The notes under the pieces were generated by a model. That model was not told the DNA's origin. It was given only the letters and a program-made list of their open reading frames with translations, and did no database searches. A stretch of 55,922 bases of DNA from a virus. Taxonomy: Duplodnaviria > Caudoviricetes. The stretch is from IMG/VR virus record IMGVR_UViG_3300025154_002045, positions 1 to 55,922 of that record. One strand, 5' to 3'. Of this stretch, positions 37,018 through 46,537 are shown in pieces (the first letter of the stretch is position 1; each line of letters opens with the position of its first letter). The position numbers were made by a program, and so were the translations under genes.

Positions 37018-37584
37018 ATGGAAATCATTCAAAAGAAATCACCAAACTTCTGGGTAGGTCGCAAAGGTTACCGCCCTGAAGCAGTCGTCATCCATATCAT
37101 GGACGGCACCCTAGTCGGCACTGATGCATGGTTCGCAAACCACACGTCGCAAGTAAGCGCACATTACGGAATTGGAAAGCTCGGACAAGTCCACCAGTAC
37201 GTGCAAGAAAATGATACCGCCTGGCACGCTGGCCGTGTCGATGCACCGGTTTGGAAGCTCATAAGACCAAACCTAAACCCGAACCTGTACACGATCGGGA
37301 TTGAACACGAGGGAAAACCAAATGACCAGTGGACGGAGGAAATGAAAAGAGTAAGTGCAAACCTGATCCGAGAAATTTGCCAACGATGGCAGATTCCAAT
37401 CGACCGGAATCACATCGTTGGTCACTTTGAGATTTTCTCAAAGAAACCAAACTGCCCGGCAAGCAATAAAGCGATCATCGACGAGCTGGTCACCCTTGCC
37501 GGTCAACAAACAACCAATCTGTCCATCGAGGACGGTGTGAGGAAAATCGAGGAGGGATTGGCAATTATTAAGCGAGCATTTTAA
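37018..37584 (+). CDS. Endolysin, N-acetylmuramoyl-L-alanine amidase (Amidase_2)
   Basis: VVIH, SAHY, AWHAG, IGIEHEG, GHFE...CP. Confidence 0.93.
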   Translation: MEIIQKKSPNFWVGRKGYRPEAVVIHIMDGTLVGTDAWFANHTSQVSAHYGIGKLGQVHQYVQENDTAWHAGRVDAPVWKLIRPNLNPNLYTIGIEHEGKPNDQWTEEMKRVSANLIREICQRWQIPIDRNHIVGHFEIFSKKPNCPASNKAIIDELVTLAGQQTTNLSIEDGVRKIEEGLAIIKRAF

Positions 37585-37589
37585 CCACT

Positions 37590-37805
37590 ATGACAACACC
37601 AACAAAAGAAGCCCTAAAGCACCTAGCAGTCGTGTTCTTTTACTCCGCAGTATCGGCAGTCCTGCCCATCCTGATCGCTTACGCTCAGAACGACCCACGT
37701 TGGGCGTTACTGATCCCAGTGATCAATGCGGCGTGGTACTCCGTAACTCGATACCTGAAAGAGCAAAAGCTGATCGAAAACGATATTGCCCGAGGAGAGG
37801 AATAG
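37590..37805 (+). CDS. Putative holin
   Basis: 71 aa, two hydrophobic segments, charged C-terminus, after endolysin. Confidence 0.65.
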   Translation: MTTPTKEALKHLAVVFFYSAVSAVLPILIAYAQNDPRWALLIPVINAAWYSVTRYLKEQKLIENDIARGEE

Positions 37806-37831
37806 TCGCTAAATCTAGCGGAAATCCGGTC

Positions 37832-37970
37832 TTAGTAGACCTTTACGGCAAAGGCCGGAACGTCAAACGAGGCCGGATTATCCTTGTAAATTCGCCTTAA
37901 ATCACGTACAATTTTATCAACGCGACTGTAATGAAGCCCCCTAATCGGTTCTAACTTCGGGACATCGCCA
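37832..37970 (-). other. Orphan 3' end of the integrase gene (in frame only after excision)
   Basis: Joined at the att core it extends the integrase frame by 45 sense codons to TAA at 37834-37832. Confidence 0.75.
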
Positions 37971-37977
37971 CCGCCAG
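37947..37977. other. attR of prophage
   Basis: GGTTCTAACTT-CG-GGACATC-GCCA-CCGCCAG; arms inverted relative to attL. Confidence 0.88.
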
Positions 37978-38047
37978 GACAATTTCTTATCGGAGCGACC
38001 CACCTGCCTCAGGCAGGTACGGCGACCGATGGGGCTGTGTCCAATAC

Positions 38048-38079
38048 ACAAAACGACTCCTTTTTCGGGGTCGTTTTGT
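38048..38079. terminator. Intrinsic terminator
   Basis: ACAAAACGACTCC-TTTTTC-GGGGTCGTTTTGT. Confidence 0.75.
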
Positions 38080-38302
38080 CATTCTTCGCATACTACACGC
38101 GACGCTTCTTCTCACGTTGAGAAAGTGCGCTCGCGGCAGTCTGCCTCGCGGGCTTGCTCGTTCGCTTTGAACGAAGTTGCTTTGATGCAACTCGTGCAAT
38201 CTTCTTACTCGTTGCTTTCTTTGGCATACGAAAGGTTAATAATTATTGACAGCATATTACAGGACTTGAAAGATCTTGCAAAATGGATTAGTATATCTCC
38301 GT

Positions 38303-38950
38303 ATGCATGAGACAAAACGTAAAATTCTTGCCCTTTCCCGTAGCCGGAACTTGGGCGATATGTCCCTCCAACAAATCGGGGATGCTGTCGGGATTAAGAA
38401 TCCTAGCGGGGTCAGTTACCACCTTTCCCAGCTCTACGCGTCTGGGCACCTGAGAAAGGGAGGGAGTGGTGTCGTAACCGCTTTGGATGATCGGGGCGAT
38501 GCCATCTCGCTTAACTCCATCCCGATTCTCGGGGCGGCGAATTGTGGCCCAGCCAGCCTGTACGCGGAAGATGTGGTGGAAGGTTTTCTTCAGGTATCTG
38601 CAAAGCTCGTCCACCCAGGAAAGAAGCTGTTTGCACTTCGTGCCAGCGGCAACTCCATGAATAACGCAAAGGCGGGTGATCGCAAAGACAAGATTGAGGA
38701 CGGCGACTACATCATCATCGACTCGACCAAGCGTAATCCGGAGTCTGGTTCCTACATCGTCGCCGTCCTCGAAGGCCTGGCAAACATCAAGCGGTTCTCG
38801 AAGAACGATCAGACCGGCGAGATCGCTCTCCTCTCGGAATCCACAGAATCGAATCCACCAATTTTTCTTCATCCCGAGGACTCCGATAAGTTCTTCGTAG
38901 CTGGTGAGGTAAAGTTCGTTCTTAAAAAACCAGCAATGAACTGGAACTAA
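38303..38950 (+). CDS. LexA-like repressor (wHTH plus S24 peptidase)
   Basis: SLQQIGDAVGIKNPSGVSYHL..L...G.L; LGAANCG cleavage site, GNSM serine, IKR lysine; start moved to ATG 38303. Confidence 0.88.
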   Translation: MHETKRKILALSRSRNLGDMSLQQIGDAVGIKNPSGVSYHLSQLYASGHLRKGGSGVVTALDDRGDAISLNSIPILGAANCGPASLYAEDVVEGFLQVSAKLVHPGKKLFALRASGNSMNNAKAGDRKDKIEDGDYIIIDSTKRNPESGSYIVAVLEGLANIKRFSKNDQTGEIALLSESTESNPPIFLHPEDSDKFFVAGEVKFVLKKPAMNWN

Positions 38951-38953
38951 TCT

Positions 38954-39199
38954 ATGCCCAATTACCACGTGACTAATAAGAAAGGTTCCGACAATTGGAG
39001 GATTGTTAAGGAAAACGCCGATCGAGCCTCTGGCACCGCGAACACGCAGAAACAAGCTGAACAGTTAGCGAAACAGTTTGCCGAAGGAGCAGGCGGAGGG
39101 GAGGTACGAATCCATCGTCCAAATGGTGGGCCGATCCGAGATAGCGATACAGTCGCACCTGGTCGCGATCCTTTTCCGCCAAGAGATAAAAAGAATTAG
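38954..39199 (+). CDS. DUF2188 family protein
   Basis: YHV......W.I..E...RAS....TQ..A...A........EVRIH..NG.IRD......DPFPP. Confidence 0.85.
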   Translation: MPNYHVTNKKGSDNWRIVKENADRASGTANTQKQAEQLAKQFAEGAGGGEVRIHRPNGGPIRDSDTVAPGRDPFPPRDKKN

Positions 39200-39202
39200 T
39201 AT

Positions 39203-40093
39203 ATGTCCTGGGAAGATACTTTCAAATCTTGGGGCGCTGCGCCGGGCACTACGGAACAGCAGAAAATGGAGAATACTGAGACGGCTGTTCGGAAAGCTAT
39301 AAGTGCCAGTGCTCGTTTGGCGGATATGGATATTTCGATCATTCCGCAGGGGTCATACAAATCGAAGACGAACGTTAAGAATGACAGTGATGTCGATATT
39401 TGCGTTTGCCTGAACTCAACCTTCTTCCCAAGATATCCTGAAGGTAAAACGCAAAACGACTACGGAAACGTCGATGGCTCCATCAGTTTTTCAGACTTCA
39501 AAAACCTCATACAAAAAGCTTTGGAAGATTACTTTGAAAAGTCAGAAATCACTCGCGGAAACAAAGCGTTCGATATCCATTCAAATACTTACAGAATCGA
39601 TGCGGATGTGGTTCCTGCTTTTGCTTACAGGTATTACTACGATACAGGTTATGATTGGCACAAGGAAGAAGGAATCTGCTTTCTTACTGACGATGGAACA
39701 AAAATAATAAACTGGCCTCACCAGACGTACAGAAATTGTAAAAATAAACATGACGCAACGGGGCAAAGATATCGCAAGATGACTCGTATCTTAAAAAGAT
39801 TACGAAACAAGATGCAGGAAGAAAATATTGTCGAAGCAAAAGACATACCGTCTTTCCTTATCCAGAGCATGGTTTGGAGCGCTCCTGACGACCACTTTAA
39901 TAGAGCAACGTATTCCGCTGATGTGCGTGCAGTACTCGCGCACTGTTACAATGAGACACTGCCGAATGGAAAGCATGCGACATTACGTGAGGTTAACGAT
40001 ATTAAAAATATCTATGGATCGCATCAGCCGTGTACTCGAGAGAAAGCTCATGCCTTTTTCTCGAGGGCATGGAGCTATTTTGAATTTGAATAA
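39203..40093 (+). CDS. cdnE: CBASS CD-NTase, CdnE-like
   Basis: QGSY...TN....SDVDI, RGNKAF.I, DADVVPA, INWP, RILK, PSFLIQS. Confidence 0.9.
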   Translation: MSWEDTFKSWGAAPGTTEQQKMENTETAVRKAISASARLADMDISIIPQGSYKSKTNVKNDSDVDICVCLNSTFFPRYPEGKTQNDYGNVDGSISFSDFKNLIQKALEDYFEKSEITRGNKAFDIHSNTYRIDADVVPAFAYRYYYDTGYDWHKEEGICFLTDDGTKIINWPHQTYRNCKNKHDATGQRYRKMTRILKRLRNKMQEENIVEAKDIPSFLIQSMVWSAPDDHFNRATYSADVRAVLAHCYNETLPNGKHATLREVNDIKNIYGSHQPCTREKAHAFFSRAWSYFEFE

Positions 40094-40098
40094 ATGCT

Positions 40099-40716
40099 AT
40101 GGAGAAAATGAACAATTCAATCAAAATACATGCCCAGATATTCACTTTTCTCATCATATGGGGCCTGGTGCTATTTATCAGCAGAATATATTCGACCATC
40201 GATTTGTGGTCAGCAATAAAACTGATTCCTCAAGCAATTTCACTCTACGTTGCCGTAGGGATTATTTTTACAAAATGGTTGTGGCGTTCGAAATTTTTGC
40301 AAGGTTGGCTTATTAAAATTCCTGATCTTCAAGGCACATGGCGTGGTGAATTGAAAAGCGACTGGATTAATCCAGAGACGGGAAAGGGTATGGATCCCAT
40401 TTCTATGATTTTGGTAATCAAACAAACTTTTTCAAGCATTCAATGCACCCTCATGACAAAAGAGTCTTCAAGCTATAGCACGACAGCAAATATAAACATT
40501 GCTCCAAATAGCGAGGACTTGTATTTAACTTATAATTACACTAATCGACCAAAGGCTACTATTCGAGAGAGAAGCGCAATTCACGACGGCGCTTCTCTTT
40601 TGAAAATTATCGATAAACCCAGCAGATGCCTCGAGGGTGAGTATTGGACGAGCCGTAAAACTCGTGGCGAAATGACACTCTCTTTCGATTCAAAGGATCT
40701 CGTAGAGAAATTTTAG
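40099..40716 (+). CDS. cap15: CBASS effector Cap15 (2TM plus beta-barrel)
   Basis: Two TM helices, W.W, PDLQGTW.G.L.S, IKQT, T.ESSS.S, Y.Y.N.P, H.G, L.GEYWT.R.T.G. Confidence 0.88.
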   Translation: MEKMNNSIKIHAQIFTFLIIWGLVLFISRIYSTIDLWSAIKLIPQAISLYVAVGIIFTKWLWRSKFLQGWLIKIPDLQGTWRGELKSDWINPETGKGMDPISMILVIKQTFSSIQCTLMTKESSSYSTTANINIAPNSEDLYLTYNYTNRPKATIRERSAIHDGASLLKIIDKPSRCLEGEYWTSRKTRGEMTLSFDSKDLVEKF

Positions 40717-40737
40717 GATTAGTTGTATCCTCGATCG

Positions 40738-42087
40738 TTAGATTATTTCCACGGTTCTGTTTAGATAAATCAATCGACTCCTTAGATTTCCAAGCAGTTC
40801 CCGTTTCTCAGACACGCTTCCTTCTTTCAGAAGATACTTAGCGTACGTTCGGATATTTACGTCACCCTCATCGGCTTCTTTCTTTCCATCCGATCCAAAG
40901 ACCACTTTTTGAAAATGACTGAACCGCTTGATCTCATCCTCCAGCTTGTGTCGCATCCCAAGCTCGTTAATATTGATCCGGTCGAGAATTTTTAAAAGCT
41001 CTCCGATCAGCTCCTCCTCCCTGATGTACTGGTTCTTGCAGTTCCGGTCGCGCGCCCGCGTGCAGCCGTAGTAGACATAGTGCGCCGTTGTCCCATCGCG
41101 AAGCTTTTTGTACTTGTCCTCCGCGCTGATACCGGATCCGCAGTAGCCACAGGTAAACAATTTGGTGAACGCGAACTCTTTATTCTCGCGTACGATCTGG
41201 TCTCGCTTGAGCTGGACTTGACCGAGATCGAACAATTCTTTTGTGATGATTGGCTTATGCTTGCCTTCGTACCAATTGCCGCTATTTTTGGGACGCTCGA
41301 ATACCCCGTAGTACATCGGGGCATCAAGGATACGGTAGAGACCGCTCAATGTCAGCGACTTATTACCGCGTGTTTTAAAGTTCAGGTCATGCTTTAGCCA
41401 GTTGTAAATCTTCCGACCGCTCCATTTCTCATACGCAAGCTTTTCAAACATTTGTTTGATAACCGGAGCGCGCACAGGATCGATGATGATCTGACATTTG
41501 CGATCCATCCGACCTTGATTCAGATAACCAAGCGGTGCAACACCCGGCCATAGCCCCATTTCTGCCCGCGTTCGAAGTCCACGTTTTACGTTCTCGCCGC
41601 GATGATCGTTTTCTAACTTTGCTGTCGATCCTAAAATCATCAACATGAATTTTTCGTTGGGCGAGTTGCTGAACCGCTGACCGTACGTTCGGATCTCGTG
41701 AAGCAATCCTTGATCCATTAAATCCACGATAGCTCCGAGGTCGCCCGCATTTCTGCTCAATCGATCTGGTGCCCACGTAAGAATCCCACCGAACTTTCCT
41801 AACCTGATGTCCGCCAAAAGTTCGTTGTAAATAGGTCGTTGTCCCGTTGCCTTTGCCGAATGACTTTCGCGACGGATTTCGGTCACGTCGAGCCCCTCTC
41901 TTTCTGCGAGTTGGAGCATCTCCTTAATCTGTGAGTCAATGGAAAGTACCTGACGCTCCTCTGACTCAGTTGACTTACGAGCGTAGAGGCAGTACTTCAC
42001 CTTCTCTACGACTTCAGGTTTTTCCTGTTCGTGTTTTGTGCGTGTATACCCAGATTGGGCTACCGCCACTCCATGATTGTTTTTCAT
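40738..42087 (-). CDS. Large serine recombinase
   Basis: YARKSTESEERQ, DRLSRN, APLGY, CGYCG...C...C; start moved to ATG 42087. Confidence 0.93.
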   Translation of the reverse strand: MKNNHGVAVAQSGYTRTKHEQEKPEVVEKVKYCLYARKSTESEERQVLSIDSQIKEMLQLAEREGLDVTEIRRESHSAKATGQRPIYNELLADIRLGKFGGILTWAPDRLSRNAGDLGAIVDLMDQGLLHEIRTYGQRFSNSPNEKFMLMILGSTAKLENDHRGENVKRGLRTRAEMGLWPGVAPLGYLNQGRMDRKCQIIIDPVRAPVIKQMFEKLAYEKWSGRKIYNWLKHDLNFKTRGNKSLTLSGLYRILDAPMYYGVFERPKNSGNWYEGKHKPIITKELFDLGQVQLKRDQIVRENKEFAFTKLFTCGYCGSGISAEDKYKKLRDGTTAHYVYYGCTRARDRNCKNQYIREEELIGELLKILDRININELGMRHKLEDEIKRFSHFQKVVFGSDGKKEADEGDVNIRTYAKYLLKEGSVSEKRELLGNLRSRLIYLNRTVEII

Positions 42088-42167
42088 ACAACACAAGGGA
42101 TGACGCAATGGCGGTGGGGCGTCCAGGCTGCCTACTGTAGGTAACTTATCTCCTTAAATTTTCTTGT

Positions 42168-45100
42168 TTACGCGTAAACCGGCGCGTACTCTTTATAAAC
42201 TCGGACAGTCTCCAAATAGATGTATTCAATCAAACGCTCAGTCTGCTGCTCCTGAATGATGCCACGTTGAATCAAAAGCAACCGAACGTTCTGACGGATT
42301 CGGGCTTTGATTGTTTCGTTGTTCGTCCAATCAATTGTCAGGTCGCGACGAATACGCTTCGTAAGATCCTTCACGAATTCTTTAATATCGATTTTGGCAT
42401 CCTTCAAATCAGGATCCTTGGCCAACGAATCATAGAACGTGATTTCCTCGGGAGACAATCCAAACGCCTGGCTTTCGGCATCTAGTTTTTTAATCTCGTC
42501 GGCGATTTCGAGCAGTCGTTTGATGATTTCAGATGAGCTAATCACGTTGTTCTCGTATTTCTCGATCAGATCCGTGAGCAAGGTGAGCATTGTTTCGTAA
42601 CGAGCCTTGTTGGTCCGCATTCGAGTGACGATTTCTTTATCCAAGAGCTTACGGACAGTATCAACGGCCAAATTTTTGTATTCCGACTTACGGATCTCCT
42701 CAGCAAACTTGTCATCGAAAATCGAGATACTCTTGGATTCGTCGGCTGACGCAAACAGATCAATGATGTTCTCAGCTTGCACGGCGTCATGAATCAAGGA
42801 ACGGATTGCGCTCTCGGTTGCCTCTGGGAATACCGCCTTTGGAATAATCGTTTGTTTCGCAATTCCTTCGCGAACAGCCTGAAGGAACTGTATGTCAGTC
42901 AGGATATCCATAGCCGACTCGCTTGGCATGACAAGAGCGTGGAGCTTCGAGAGTTTCCCCACCGTTCCGATAAATTGCATCTTGCGGTCATCGGATAGAA
43001 TTCCATCTTTGGTGATGACCTCATTGATACAAGCCTGCAAAAGGCGTGAGAGCTCGGTGCCTTTCAATTTCTTCCAACCTGAATACTTGATTCCGTTGAA
43101 GAATGAAATAGCAGACTGATGCAACGAGCCCATCTCGGCGATAATCTCATCGAGAGAGAGCATGGCTTCTTTCTGCACGCCAGAATCGTAAATCGAGAGA
43201 GCTTTTTTCAGATTCTCAGCGATCCCAATGTAATCAACGATGAGTCCGCCCGGTTTGTCCTTAAACACACGATTTACGCGGGCGATGGCCTGCATGAGCC
43301 CATGGTTCTTGAGGGGCTTATCGAGATACATCGTGTGCAAACATGGAACGTCAAAGCCCGTCAGCCACATGTCGCAAACGATGGCGATCTTGAGCGGGTC
43401 GTTAATTTTCTTGAAGCGTTTCTCCAGCTTTTTAGTATCTCGTTCCAGCTGAATGTCCGACGCAAACTCGTCACTGTTTGAAATCACAACCGCACACTCT
43501 GGCGCGTCCCACATCTTTTTCATCTCCTTGTAGACCGCGACGGCGATTCTACGGCTCATCGTCACAACCATTGCCTTACCTTCAATTGGGCGATTGTTAT
43601 AATGATGAACAATGTCTTTCGCCACCTGTTCAATACGGCTCTGTGTACCGATGATTTCTTCGAGAACAGCCCATTCTTTTCGAGCCTTCGTCTTTTCGTC
43701 GACGATAATCTCTCCCAAGAGACTGTCGAATTTGGAGTCAACAAATTTATCTGCCATGTGCAGCGGCACCAGCCTCCCCTCGTAGTAGATTGGGACGGTC
43801 GCTCCATCTTTCACTGCCTTGCCGATGCGATATTCGCTGACAACCGGCCCGAACACGCGCATCGTATCCTTATCGTTGTTCGCGATGGGGGTTCCCGTCA
43901 CACCAAGGAAGCTCGCATTAGGCATGGCCTGTCGCACATTGCCTGCCAACGCGCTGTATTGCGTACGGTGCGCCTCATCCGCAAGCACAATTACGTTCTC
44001 ACGATCTGTAAGGACTGCATTCGCGTCAGGATCCTCTTTAAACTTCTGGATAGTCGTGAAAATAAGCTCGCTCCCAAGACGACCGAGACGCTCTCGCAAA
44101 TCCTTGATGCTGGATGCTCGTTTCGCAAGGGTGCCATACCCCGACCGTTTGAAGGTTTTATACAGCTGGTCGTCCAAATCTTCACGATCGGTCAAAAACA
44201 CATAGGAAGGGCTCTTCAAGGCATCGATCCGTTTGGTCTTGTTCACGTAGAAAACCATGGACAACGATTTGCCCGAACCCTGCGTGTGCCAAAAGACACC
44301 AATCTTGCGTTCCTGTTTGCCGGCGATAGCGTGGACTGTGCTCTCTACGGTCTTATTCACCCCGTAGTACTGGTGGTAGAGACACATCTTCTTGGTGTAG
44401 GTCACTGCGTCTCCATCCCCATCGGCCTCAAATACAATGAAGTTTTGGAGTACATCCAAGAACCGCTGTTTATTGAACAGGCCGCGCAAAAGTACCTCGA
44501 GCTGGACGGCGTCCTTCGGGGCATCGTCGTCCGTGTTCACGCCTTTCCATGACGCATAACGTTCCCAGGAAGAAGAGATCGTCCCATACTTTGCGTTATG
44601 AAGGTCAGAGAGTCCGACAATCTGATTGTACAAAAAGAGTTTTGGAACCTCCCTTTTATAGGATTCGACATCCCGATACGCTTCCCCGATCGAGGCGGAA
44701 TCTCGCACGGCACTTTTCAACTCAAACACTGATAGCGGTAACCCGTTCACGAAGACCACTACATCTGGTCGGCAAACTGAATCGATGCCTTGCACTGTAA
44801 ATTGATTAACGACCAGAAATTCATTTGCTTCCTGATTCTGAAAATCAATCAATTTAACCAACTCGGTGTGTTCATTTCCATCGGCTCGCCAAGAGTGCTT
44901 TTTCCCATCCGTAATCCAAGCGAACATCTCCTTGTTCCCTAGAACCAGGTCGGCATGGTTGTATTCTGCGACGTCACGAGCAACCACCTCGGCTTGTCCT
45001 GAAGGCAATTGGGGATTGAGACGACGAATGGCACCAACCAACCGATCCTTCAACACTACTGTGCGAAAATCGCCACGCTCGGCCTTCTGCTGGCCCGGGT

Positions 45101-45194
45101 TAATGTCTGGACCATAGACATATTCGTAGCCCTGACCCTTGAGCCAATCTATGAGAGATTGCTCGGTTAAATTTTGTTCGTTGAGGGGGTTCAT
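42168..45194 (-). CDS. hsdR: Type I restriction subunit R
   Basis: RPD...NGLP...ELK, WHTQGSGKS, DEAHR, TGTP, GFD.P, QAIARVNR. Confidence 0.96.
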   Translation of the reverse strand: MNPLNEQNLTEQSLIDWLKGQGYEYVYGPDINPGQQKAERGDFRTVVLKDRLVGAIRRLNPQLPSGQAEVVARDVAEYNHADLVLGNKEMFAWITDGKKHSWRADGNEHTELVKLIDFQNQEANEFLVVNQFTVQGIDSVCRPDVVVFVNGLPLSVFELKSAVRDSASIGEAYRDVESYKREVPKLFLYNQIVGLSDLHNAKYGTISSSWERYASWKGVNTDDDAPKDAVQLEVLLRGLFNKQRFLDVLQNFIVFEADGDGDAVTYTKKMCLYHQYYGVNKTVESTVHAIAGKQERKIGVFWHTQGSGKSLSMVFYVNKTKRIDALKSPSYVFLTDREDLDDQLYKTFKRSGYGTLAKRASSIKDLRERLGRLGSELIFTTIQKFKEDPDANAVLTDRENVIVLADEAHRTQYSALAGNVRQAMPNASFLGVTGTPIANNDKDTMRVFGPVVSEYRIGKAVKDGATVPIYYEGRLVPLHMADKFVDSKFDSLLGEIIVDEKTKARKEWAVLEEIIGTQSRIEQVAKDIVHHYNNRPIEGKAMVVTMSRRIAVAVYKEMKKMWDAPECAVVISNSDEFASDIQLERDTKKLEKRFKKINDPLKIAIVCDMWLTGFDVPCLHTMYLDKPLKNHGLMQAIARVNRVFKDKPGGLIVDYIGIAENLKKALSIYDSGVQKEAMLSLDEIIAEMGSLHQSAISFFNGIKYSGWKKLKGTELSRLLQACINEVITKDGILSDDRKMQFIGTVGKLSKLHALVMPSESAMDILTDIQFLQAVREGIAKQTIIPKAVFPEATESAIRSLIHDAVQAENIIDLFASADESKSISIFDDKFAEEIRKSEYKNLAVDTVRKLLDKEIVTRMRTNKARYETMLTLLTDLIEKYENNVISSSEIIKRLLEIADEIKKLDAESQAFGLSPEEITFYDSLAKDPDLKDAKIDIKEFVKDLTKRIRRDLTIDWTNNETIKARIRQNVRLLLIQRGIIQEQQTERLIEYIYLETVRVYKEYAPVYA

Positions 45195-45195
45195 A

Positions 45196-46533
45196 TTATC
45201 GAAGGTTCATTTCTTTCCTAATCTCCATTAACCAAACAGAAGATTTATCCTTGAGGTTTCGCATGCTCACATCGGACTTTTCCTCGAAGAGTTCGAGATT
45301 CTTTAGTGCCATCGGCATATTTTTTTGCTTCACGAAGTAATTAAACCCCAGCCAAAAGTACAAAACGGGTTTTTCTGTGAGGGTTGGGAGTTTTTCGTTG
45401 AACTGAGTCACCTCTTGTGAGGTAGCTATTTCTCCCGGATAGTTTTGCGTTTTAATTTTTTCGCACCACTTCCAAGCGGAGGGATAATTACCAATCCAAA
45501 AATGTAAAAAGGCTTGGTTATATCTCCACTCAGGCATATTGAATCCATGGCACTTCTTTGTAATAACAAGTGCCTGTTTCGGATCGTTGTCCCAACTGAA
45601 AGCAACTATGGATTTCAGGAGCAGTGCCCGGTAGCAATTTGAATTTAACTTGAGAGCAGTCGCCAGATTTTCTCGAGCCTTTTGTTGTTCATTTTTCCTA
45701 AAGCAATACAAACCAACCATTGCAAACTCATTGGACAGCAATGTGTCAATTTTTCCCAAGATTACTCCGTCGAAAGGTGATCTCTGTGGCGCAGATCGTA
45801 TCTGATTCTTAAGATCTTCGTGTAGCTTAATCGAGAGAAATGGGTTACCAGAAATAAAGGAAGCAATCCCTACAATGTATTTAACGGATTTAACTACAAT
45901 GTCCGCAGAAATCTGGAATCCCTTGAATGCCAACTCATCATTAAAGTTAATTGCTTTCGGTAAAGTTGAAAGAAAATCCTTTGATAGATCTTGGCTTACT
46001 TCATGCGCAACTGGTCTGTGCAATACCAAACCATCCAACGATAGGAAATATTTGTCGCTTCCTTCTTTTCGTTTTTTTGTTTCTCCGAATATATAGATGT
46101 GCCCGTTGGTTCTCTTGTGGAGTTTTTTTATTGAACTGAAGTTATTGAACTTCGTTGCTAAGTGGTTCTTTACAATGATTACATCAAAGGTGTCCTCGAG
46201 CTCTTCATTCGCAATTTGCCGCTTTATGGAAGATAAGAAATCCTTTTTTAAGGCTTGTTCGGCTTCATTGGTATCAGCATGAATGCAAAGAACGAGTCCT
46301 ACGTTTTTTTTCTTATGTCTGGGAATCCAGAATCGATTTACGAACCAATAAACAATCCACGACGCCAATACCAACGAGTAGACCCACCTTAAATCATTTG
46401 AGGTACTATACTTCGAGAGAAAATTGTCCGATGCTATAAACCCAGCAACAAGAAGAACACACCCGCCGATCAGAGCAAGTACTGCATGTGCTCTGTTTTC
46501 AACCCAGTCAAGAAATTTATTAAGAATTTCCAT
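45196..46533 (-). CDS. Membrane-anchored protein with TPR-like C-terminus
   Basis: Two N-terminal hydrophobic segments, helical repeats (ALKLNSN.Y.A; YFWLG.NY); 1-4 nt from flanking hsd genes. Confidence 0.7.
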   Translation of the reverse strand: MEILNKFLDWVENRAHAVLALIGGCVLLVAGFIASDNFLSKYSTSNDLRWVYSLVLASWIVYWFVNRFWIPRHKKKNVGLVLCIHADTNEAEQALKKDFLSSIKRQIANEELEDTFDVIIVKNHLATKFNNFSSIKKLHKRTNGHIYIFGETKKRKEGSDKYFLSLDGLVLHRPVAHEVSQDLSKDFLSTLPKAINFNDELAFKGFQISADIVVKSVKYIVGIASFISGNPFLSIKLHEDLKNQIRSAPQRSPFDGVILGKIDTLLSNEFAMVGLYCFRKNEQQKARENLATALKLNSNCYRALLLKSIVAFSWDNDPKQALVITKKCHGFNMPEWRYNQAFLHFWIGNYPSAWKWCEKIKTQNYPGEIATSQEVTQFNEKLPTLTEKPVLYFWLGFNYFVKQKNMPMALKNLELFEEKSDVSMRNLKDKSSVWLMEIRKEMNLR

Positions 46534-46537
46534 ACAC

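Larger units (their letters stand above)
122..37977. mobile_element. Apparently complete podovirus-like prophage integrated in tRNA-Ser 3' end
   Basis: attL/attR pair, integrase, repressor/cro, rep, terminase, portal, scaffold, capsid, adaptor, nozzle, ejection proteins, amidase/holins; no tape measure or sheath recognised. Confidence 0.9.

Noticed and set aside
37700-37900. 66-aa + strand ORF as a spanin
   Set aside because: No lipobox or TM segment; overlaps the holin and the minus-strand integrase tail
37977-38200. Cluster of GC-rich hairpins after attR as a defined ncRNA gene
   Set aside because: Explained as a tRNA trailer, terminator and palindromic repeats; no family features recognised
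38288-39055. Long antisense ORFs (also 43602-44552, 47759-48733, 54771-55511)
   Set aside because: Shadows of better-supported genes on the opposite strand with no motifs of their own
42062-42068. Another ACCGCCA resembling the att core
   Set aside because: Inside the recombinase coding start, no flanking arms or tRNA-related sequence; expected by chance
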